Assembly: GCA_951406725.2 (NCBI GenBank)
Contig: OX597839.1
Span: 18,662,001 to 18,726,000, forward strand
Reading direction: 5' to 3'
DNA: 64,000 nt
Origin: Octopus vulgaris
Lineage: Eukaryota
Shown piece after piece: positions 54,953 through 64,000 of this stretch (positions are counted from its first letter, which is position 1; each line of letters starts with the position of its first letter). A program made the position numbers and the translations under genes. Below the pieces are notes generated by a model that worked only from the letters and a program-made list of their open reading frames with translations, did no database searches and was not told the DNA's origin.

Positions 54953-55152
54953 TCTTTTACTTGTTTCAGTCATTTGACAGTGGCCATGCTGGAGCACCAC
55001 CATTAGTCGAGCAAATCGACCTCAGGACTTATTTTGTGTAAGCCTAGTACTTATTCTACCGGTCTCTTTTGCCAAACTGCTAAGTTACGGTGACGTAAAC
55101 ACACCAGCATCAGTTGTTAAGCGATGTAGGGGGGACAAACTCAGACACACAA

Positions 55153-55198
<46 letters not shown>

Positions 55199-55340
55199 GA
55201 CGGGCTTCTTTCAGTTTTCGTCTGCCAAATCCACTCACAAGGCTTTTGTCGGCCCGAGACTATAGTAGAAGACACTTGCCCAAGGTGCCACGCAGTGGGA
55301 CTGAACCCGGAACCATGTGGTTAGTATGCAAGCTACTTAC
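54953..55340 (-). mobile_element. SINE family B full length
   Basis: Matches 36769-37165 in reverse. Confidence 0.9.
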
Positions 55341-55813
55341 CACACAGCCACTCCTACGCATATATTAATTATTTATATATTGACACTCAAAGACAGGAAA
55401 AACATCAAAGACTAAAAGTATAACGATTCGGATATGGTCCTTTGTCACATGCTAGAGGAAACTGCGGGCAGAGTAAAGGAACAGAAAGAGAGGAGATAGA
55501 CATGGCTTAGGTGGTATAGTGTACTATGTTTAGGTGAAATATACTGTGCTGATGGCAAGGAAGATAGATAACCTGACAGAGAAGGAAGAAGTGAGAGAGA
55601 AGAGAGGAATTGAGAGAGAGAAAGAAGCAGAGGAAGTGAGAGAGGAGAGAAAGTGAGACGGAGAGAAAGTGAGAGAGGGTATGAGAGATGGAGAAGAAAT
55701 GAGAGACAGAAACGGAGAGGAAATGAGAGAGGAAGAGGAAGTGAGGGAGAGAAAGTAGAAGAGAAAGAGGAGAGCAAGTGAGAGAGAGAGAGAAGCTGAA
55801 GGAGAGAGAGAGA

Positions 55814-55845
<32 letters not shown>

Positions 55846-56311
55846 TGATTTGTCTTGTTAGAAACAGGAAAGAAGGGAAGAACAGAAGAAGAAGAAGAAG
55901 GGACGAGCAAGATAAATGATTAGATGAATACCTATATTATTGTGGTTTCAATGTTGAAGTGAAGAAGAGGAGAAGGAAGAGTGAGAAAGAAATAGGAGAG
56001 AGAAATAGAGGAAAGAGGTGGGGTGGGGGCGGAGAGAAAAATGAATGAAAAAGAAACACGTGATAGAAAACAAAATCAGAAAAACAAATTAAAAAGAGAA
56101 AGAAAAAAAACCAACCAAAAGAAGAAAAAAATTGAAATCACAATTTACGACAGGAACAAGAAGAAGAATAAAATGTAAATTCAAAGGGAAAATAGATCAA
56201 CACAAAGTATTCAGGTTTGCCGCGATTCCTGCTGCTTCTGTAGCAGTTGTTGATGTTGTTATTGTTGTTCCTCCTCTATTTATCATAATGATAATAATAA
56301 TAATAATAATG

Positions 56312-56417
<106 letters not shown>

Positions 56418-56429
56418 TAATAATAATAA

Positions 56430-57000
56430 TTTCTATTGGAAGCACAAGGCCTCAAATTTGGGGAGAAAGGATTAAGTCGATTACATCGACTCCAGTGCGT
56501 AACTCGTACTTAATTTATTGATCTCGAAAGGATGAAAAGCAAAGTCGACCTCGGAGGAATTTGAACTCAGAACGTAAAGACAGATGGACTACCGCTAAAT
56601 ATTTCGCCCGGCGTGCTAACGATTCTTTTCTACTCTAGGCACAAGGCCCGAAATTTTGGGGGAGGGAGCCTGCCAACCCCAGTGCGCAACTGGCACTTGA
56701 TTTATCGACCTCGAAAGGATGAAAGGCAAAGTCAACGTCGGAGGAATTTGAACTCAGAACGTAAGGACGGACGAAATACCTATTTCTTTACTACCCACAA
56801 GGGGATAAACATAGAGTGGACAAACAAGGACAGACAAACGGATTAAGTCGATTATATCGACCCCAGTACGTAACTGGTACTTATTTAATCGACCCCGAAA
56901 GGATGAAAGGCTAAGTACCAGTTGAGTACTGGGGTCGATGTAATTGACAACCCCTTCCCCTAAAACACTTCATGCCTTGTTGCTTTAGTAGGAAGGATTA
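56430..57000. mobile_element. SINE family A concatemer (-) ending in a fold-back (+) piece at 56913-57000
   Basis: Three minus cores, then an inverted 3' half. Confidence 0.85.
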
Positions 57001-57041
57001 TTATTATTATTACTATTATTATAAATTATTATTATTATTAT

Positions 57042-57597
57042 TGAGTGAGAGAGCAGTTCATGCCATCAAAGTGACACTGGGGTAAAATATACGAAGCCCA
57101 ATATACCCATCATGACTACCCGTCTGATAAGGGTACACCAGGCACATGCATCACAACCATATGTGCGCGACATGGTGATCTCATATCAAGATAAACAGCA
57201 CATGACCTTGCAGGTGGGGCCCAGTTAGAATTTTCTTCAGGTTGAGTAGCCCATCCCGCTCAAACAGTCCCTGAATAAGGATTGTTTAAGGATGTTGAAA
57301 AAACCACCCATGTTTCCAGAGGTGAACTATTCAAACCCCAAAGAATCCCTCTCAACACACGGCTATGATGCTCCCCCACTACTTCTGCTCATGATCAGAG
57401 ATGCACATATCGTCAGCCACTAAGGGACATGCTCAACTGGTTAAGGTCAAACAACTGACAGGCAAATCTATGGCATTGAGCAGAATATTTGCTGTAGCCC
57501 ATCTTTTATACCAAGACAAAACAAAGTACATGATAACACTTCCAATCGGTTAAGACCAGAAGACACAAGAGCCACTGCCTGGTACTGCATCAGGGCA
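57042..57597 (-). mobile_element. Family C element, full length, within (ATT)n
   Basis: Reverse complement of 17912-18467. Confidence 0.9.
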
Positions 57598-57636
<39 letters not shown>

Positions 57637-57638
<2 letters not shown>

Positions 57639-57850
57639 GGCGGTGGTGCTGGCAGAATCGTTAGCACACTGGGTAAATTGCTTAACGGCATTTCGTCCGT
57701 CCTTGCGTTATGAGTTCAAATTCCGTCGAGGTTGACTTCACCTTTCGTCCTTTGGGGATCGATAAATTAAGTACCAGCTGACTACTGGGGTCGATGTAAT
57801 CGACTATCTCTAACTCCCAAATTTCAGGCCTTGTGTTTAAAGCAGAAAGT
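57637..57850 (+). mobile_element. SINE family A monomer
   Basis: Head-core-tail flanked by (ATT)n. Confidence 0.88.
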
Positions 57851-57873
57851 ATTATTATTATTATTATTATATA

Positions 57874-57928
<55 letters not shown>

Positions 57929-58366
57929 CATTGTGTAATTTTGTTGTTGTTGAATTTTGTTTTTAACGTTTCTTGCTTTCGGCGATGAAATTTGTAGGAA
58001 AATTTCACCGCCATGACAGTTTGTTGTTAATAACTTTCTCTGCTGGTTCCTTCGTCTTAATTGAAGACCTGAAGACCAGGTGTTCTCCTGGTTTTTGCAC
58101 ACGGCTCCCATTTTACTCATTAAACCAAGAAATCTAATCACGTTAGGGAGTTACAAACAATACAGATTCTATATGTTTTCTTGTTGATGCTATCATTGTT
58201 GTTATTGTAATTCTTGTTTGTTTGTTTGTTACTTTTGTGTGTGTGTTTTGGTTATAGCTGCCATCATTGGCGTCAGAATCTTCGACATCGCCATCATCAT
58301 TGTCGTCAGCGCTATTCTCATTCGAAAGATTATTCTGAAATAAAGCTAATGCTACTGTCGTTGATA

Positions 58367-58886
58367 TAGTAGTAGTGGTGGTGGTGGTAGTAGTAGTTGT
58401 AGTGGTGGTGGTAGTAGTAGTAGTTTGGTGGTGGTAGTAGTAGTGGTGGTGGTGGTGGTAGTAGTAGTAATAGTGGTGGTAGTAGTTTGGTGGTAGTAGT
58501 TTGGTGGTAGTAGTAGTGGTGGTGGTGGTGGTAGTATTAGTGGTGGTGGTGGTAGTAGTAGTAGTAGTGGTAGTAGTAGTAGTTTGGTGGTGGTAGTAGT
58601 AGTAATAGTGGTGGTAATAGTTTGGTGGTAGTAGTAGTGGTGGTGGTGGTGGTGGTAGTGGTAGTAGTAGTGGTGGTGGTGGTGGTAGTATTAGTGGTGG
58701 TGGTGGTAGTAGTAGTAGTAGTGGTAGTAGTAGTAGTTTGGTGGTGGTAGTAGTAGTAATAGTGGTGGTAATAGTTTGGTGGTAGTAGTAGTGGTGGTGG
58801 TGGTAGTAGTAGTAGTAGTGGTGGTAGTGGTTGTGGTAGTGGTGGTGGTGGTGGTGGTAGTGGTGGTGGTGGTAGTGGTAGTAGTA
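58367..58886. repeat. (GTA/GTG)n tract with internal block duplications
   Basis: Recurring agtttggtgg and gtattagtgg markers. Confidence 0.88.
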
Positions 58887-59009
58887 ACAACCATTATTAT
58901 CGTTGTTTACATCGTGATAATTGCTATTAGTGTTCGTTGTTCTTATTTTCCGTGTTACAAAACACACAGATGACTGCCGTCGTCCTCATATCAATTATTA
59001 TTATTATCA

Positions 59010-59175
59010 TTTCGCCTATCTTTACGTTCCGAGTTCAAATTCAACCGAGGTCGCCTTTGCCTTTCATCCTTTCGGGGGTCGATAAATTAAGTACCAGTGA
59101 AGCAACACTGGGGGTCGATGTAACCGATTACCCACTCTCCCAAAATTTCAGGCCTTGTGCCTTTAGTAGAAAATA
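59010..59175 (+). mobile_element. SINE family A, 5'-truncated
   Basis: B-box, core and tail. Confidence 0.85.
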
Positions 59176-59496
59176 TATTATTATTATCATTATTATTATT
59201 ATGGCGAGCTAGCATCAACGCTAATGAACTTGATGTTCCTTGCAATGTTTTTAAAAGTCCACTGATTTGACGGTCTTTCATGCCTTATCAAATCGAAGAC
59301 AACCCATTTATTCTCAGTATAGTGAAACTGTATTTACCTCCAGATGCAGTTTCTTTTCGAAACGGCACCGCTACACCACTAAACTCAAATAGCAGTTGTG
59401 ACAGTCCTAAACGCCATCTCACTGTTACAGACATCAAAAACTTCTCATGTCTACCTCTCTTGTGTGTGTGTGTGTGTGGGTGGGTGGGAGTGTGCT

Positions 59497-59714
59497 CACA
59501 AGGGGTTGCTGAAAAGTTTCTGGTTTTAAGGGTATTGAGAAAGACCTGGTTGGAGGCCCAGCCTTCCGAATTCTTTAACAGGGCTTAGAAAAACTGGACC
59601 GTTGTAATAAGTGTGTGAATTTGAGAAGGGAAAATATTGAATAAAATCATAATTAACTGATCCTCCTGTATTTTCTTTTACCCAAAACCAGGAACATTTC
59701 TGCACCCCTTCGTA
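59497..59714 (+). mobile_element. mariner-derived MITE
   Basis: TIRs acaaggggttgctgaaaagtttctggtttt / aaaaccaggaacatttctgcaccccttcgta; residual RCNKCVNLRRENIE* resembles the mariner C-terminus RW.KCV...G.Y.E. Confidence 0.75.
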
Positions 59715-59900
59715 TATATATCTTTTTGTGGATCACACTTACCGGAAGCGTTTTCCAAACTTGTGTTCGACTAGAATATTGCAGTTTTCTTTCTACTCTG
59801 TTTTTGCATTCATAAACAATAGAATTTTCTTTAGATTCTATGTACGTAGGCGATTGGAATTTTCACGAACCCAGAGCATGTAATAACATATATATATATA

Positions 59901-60088
59901 TGTGACCTCGTGTGTACCGTTGGCGATTTTTTTCCCTCTGTCTTCCCTTCTCTGGATCTTTCCTTCTATGTTTCTGACGAAGGGCTCCGCTCGAAACGTT
60001 AAACCATCCTTCTTCGCTTCTTTACTGAGCGTCCAATAATACTATATTTGTTCCACGTCCTCGCGTTGTTGTGTTTTCTTGTTTGGAT

Positions 60089-60093
<5 letters not shown>
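59901..60093 (+). mobile_element. Family D element with the best-preserved minimal hammerhead motif (59970-60004)
   Basis: GTTT-CTGACGA-A-GGGC-TCC-GCTC-GAAA-CGTT-AAAC; (TA)n on both sides. Confidence 0.8.
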
Positions 60094-60123
<30 letters not shown>

Positions 60124-60135
60124 ACACACACACAC

Positions 60136-60529
60136 TTACTCTTTTACTTGTTTCAGTCATTTGACTGTGGCCATGCTGGAGCACCGCCTTTAGTAGAGCA
60201 AATCAACCCCGGGACTTGTTCTTTGTAAGCCTAGTACTTATTCTATCGGTTACTTTTGCCGGACCGCTAAGTTACGGGGACGTAAACACACCAGCATCGG
60301 TTGTCAAGCGATGTTGGTGGGACAAACACGCACACACACACGCACACACACACATATGTACATATATACGATGAGCTTCTTTCAGTTTCCGTCTACCAAA
60401 TCCACTCACAAGGCTTTCTTCGGCTTGAGACAATAGTAGCAGACACTTGCCCAAGGTGCCACGCAGTGGGACTAGACCCGGAACCATGTGGTTGGTAAGC
60501 AAGCTACTTACCACACAGTCACTCCTACG

Positions 60530-60531
<2 letters not shown>
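60136..60531 (-). mobile_element. SINE family B full length
   Basis: Matches other B copies. Confidence 0.9.
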
Positions 60532-60575
<44 letters not shown>

Positions 60576-61139
60576 TCTTCCTTGCGGTTGAGTCAAGCAA
60601 ACAATGTTTTCATTTTGGCCTCCTTGTCGCTGTTGTCGTCCATTTTTCATTCAATATCAGCCAATTGATTCGAAGCAGACGACACCAATATTTTTTCTTT
60701 CTCACGTATTCTGCAGTTGTCATAGCTATAGCAATGGTGTTGTTATTGATGCGGATGCGAAGAAGACCCATTTCTTCCCCCATCTCTCTCTCTTTCTCTC
60801 TTTTTCTGTTTCAGTTAAATTCCCTTTCACTCGGTCTTTTATATTCGTCTCTGGTGAATATTATGATTTTTCTTCACAGGAATCAATGTCATTTTTTTGC
60901 AAGAAAACTGTCAACTTTGCGAATATTAAATTTAAAAGCAAACAATTGCTCCAACATGGGAAAATATAAAAAAAAAGCAAACTCACTAAAAAAAAAAAAG
61001 CAGATTCGTTCCTTTTTTCTAAAAAAAAAAAAAAACGATAACATATTTTTACAAAATACATCCTATTTCGTGTGAATGCTATAAAGAATTCGGAAATTTA
61101 TTCAGAGCTGAGTTTCAGCATGCTTTTGCAGTCAGTGTC

Positions 61140-61195
<56 letters not shown>

Positions 61196-61196
<1 letters not shown>

Positions 61197-61460
61197 CCTT
61201 TCTACTATGGGCACAAAACCTACATTTTTGTGGGGATGGGAACAGTCGATCACATCTTCACCAGTACTTGACTCTTACTAAATTTATCGACCCCGAAAAG
61301 ATGAAAGGCAAAGTCGACCCCGGCAGTATTTAAACTCAGAACGTAAAGTCGGACGAAATACCGCTAAGCTTTTCGCCCAGTATGCTGACAATTCTGTCAG
61401 CGCGCCGCCTTTACTATAGGCATAAGGCCTGAAATTTGGGGGGAGGCGGTTATTCAATTA
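61196..61460 (-). mobile_element. SINE family A plus an extra tail fragment
   Basis: (TAA)n tail, core and head. Confidence 0.8.
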
Positions 61461-61464
61461 TACC

Positions 61465-61825
61465 GCTGGTGGTGTGTTTACGTCCCCGTAAATTAGCTGT
61501 TCGGCAAAAGAGACCAATAGAATAAGTACTAGGATTACAAAGAATAAGTCCTGGTGTCGACTTGCTCGACTAAAGGCGGTGCTCCAGCATGGCCACAGCC
61601 AAATGACTGAAACAAGTAAAAGCGTATTCGTTACTGTCACTGACTCGGTTAAACACCTGTGTTTTTATAAAGGACAAATGTGGTGCTTTTTGATGTTCAT
61701 GTCCCCGGTAAAAACAGAAAACAGATCGATACAATAATTACAAAACTGAAAATATAAGTAGTATGATCGATTCATTCGACTAAAGACCTTCAAGGCGATC
61801 CTCCAGTATGGCTGCAGTCAAAAGA
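61465..61825 (+). mobile_element. Two SINE family B 3' halves
   Basis: 61465-61622 well preserved; 61680-61825 degenerate. Confidence 0.75.
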
Positions 61826-62009
61826 GAAACGAGTTACAACGATGTTATCCACACAGAATCGAAACCGTTTCCCTGTCATTGACTTGTTGGGATACGTAGA
61901 GATGTTTATCTATATATATACGTGTGTTATGCTGTTTGTCTGTAAGTCTGTGCACATACGTCAATTAGGAAAATACAATATTAAAAATACTAAAAAAAGT
62001 CAAGCGAAA

Positions 62010-62070
<61 letters not shown>

Positions 62071-62744
62071 TACATAGATATACACCCCCACATGATTCCC
62101 CCTACACATATGTACATATATTTATATACACACATCTCTCTCTATCTCTCTCTCTCTATCTCTCTCTCTCTCTCTACATATATATAACACATGCCGTAAT
62201 ACTTAGAAGAAATTGTGAACTTTGACCCTCATTATTTTGGGCGGGAGAACAACTGGTGTAAAACAACAGTGATAATACGAACAACACCAACAAAAGCAAT
62301 AACAACAATAATGATAATAGTAATAAAGTTCGCGTGTCTGTAAGCCTTTATACGTAGACGCGTGTCTACATGTGTGTGAGTGTTTATATGTAAGTATGGT
62401 AGAGGGGGAATTGTTTCCATTGTGACTACAGGCGTGTTATTTCTTACTGTTTTGTTATGTTATTTCTGTGTTTATTGTTTTTATTCGTGACAATAGTCAT
62501 CACTTTCAAGAAGGAAATCAAGAAAGTGACAGAGTTAGACAGAAAGAAGGAAAGAAAGAAAGTAAGAAAGACACAGCCGGTGAAGAAGTGTAGTAGGATG
62601 CGAGTGATAGGTTAGTAGGTGAAAGGGGGTAGATTAAGTAAAGCGTTAAAAGATAGGGTGGGCTTTGGAGCAAGAGAAAATGTTATCCAAATATCACTAG
62701 GTAACGTGGAACTCGGAACTGCACCGAGAATAGAGATTTACTCT

Positions 62745-62965
62745 AGAAACTTTTAACCGTATGTGTGTATATACGTATACATCCATACCTATGTACATAT
62801 ACGCTATACACTCTCTTTTAACCATATGTCTATATACGTGTACATATACACCTAAACACACTTTTAACCGTACGTCTATATACATATACATATACACATA
62901 AACATACTTTTAACCGTACGTCTACATACACACCTAAACACACTTTTAACCGTACGTCTATATAC
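62745..62965. repeat. Minisatellite acttttaaccgtacgtcta
   Basis: 5 irregularly spaced units. Confidence 0.8.
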
Positions 62966-63182
62966 ATGCGCATGCGTATACACTTATGCACATACAAAAC
63001 GCACCGCAGATGCAAGTATACACGCGTACGCATAGACGAAAATAAATTAAAATAAGCACATAAGCAGGTATGTATTGTCATTTGAAAGAAATGTCGAACA
63101 TGCAAGAGAGTTCACGTACATATTTGCTTGGTTGAATAAGAAAAAAAATCTGCGTGGGAGCGCATGCGTGCTTGAGTACATA

Positions 63183-63224
<42 letters not shown>

Positions 63225-63304
63225 AACATACATGTGCATTCGTATATATGTATATATGCACAAAATGTCTGTGTTTGTATTAATATACACGAGTGTTTGA
63301 ATGG

Positions 63305-63704
<400 letters not shown>

Positions 63705-64000
63705 AGGTCTAGCTAACGGTGCTAACCGAGGTTGAGGAATGTCTTTATTCATACAACTCTGCCAAACAACGCCTGTTCGCGAAGGACAGGAATGTGAATT
63801 ATACGAAAGATTTTTAAAAAAAATATCCCCAGAAAACATAAAGATGATATAAGCATAACAACGACTTGATGACAACACCACCTTTGAAATAAGTGATTAA
63901 TATAATTGTTTATTTTGTTTATTTTCCTCGGGGGGCATCAGAAAGTGAAAACGAAACAAAGTTGCAAAGAATTTTCTTACCAAAACCAAAATAGGTTAAT

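Overview
AT-rich eukaryotic (animal) DNA saturated with microsatellites ((TA)n, (CA)n, (TAA)n, (ATCT)n, (CATA)n, (GA)n, (CAC/CAT)n) and transposon debris. The repeat landscape resembles a coleoid cephalopod, probably Octopus; this is inferred from repeat style, not from a search. No host protein-coding exon can be supported, so the window is probably intronic or intergenic, and nearly all listed ORFs are translated simple repeats. Recognisable content: (1) several tRNA-headed SINE families, labelled here A, B, E and H; (2) a ~555-bp element found only in TAA repeats (C); (3) decayed LINE pieces from the RTE, Tx1/L1, R4/Dong and CR1-like groups; (4) Tc1/mariner transposase relics and several MITEs; (5) a 28S rRNA fragment. 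The most interesting signals are short elements, mostly embedded in (TA)n, that carry minimal Penelope-type hammerhead motifs with co-varying stems (one of them is fused to a tRNA/Pol III head), a ~490-bp palindrome, a satellite with a 100-bp higher-order period grown from an RTE 3' end, and an apparent partitioning of microsatellite types among retroelement families. Family letters are my own labels. Coordinates were read by eye and may be off by a few bases.
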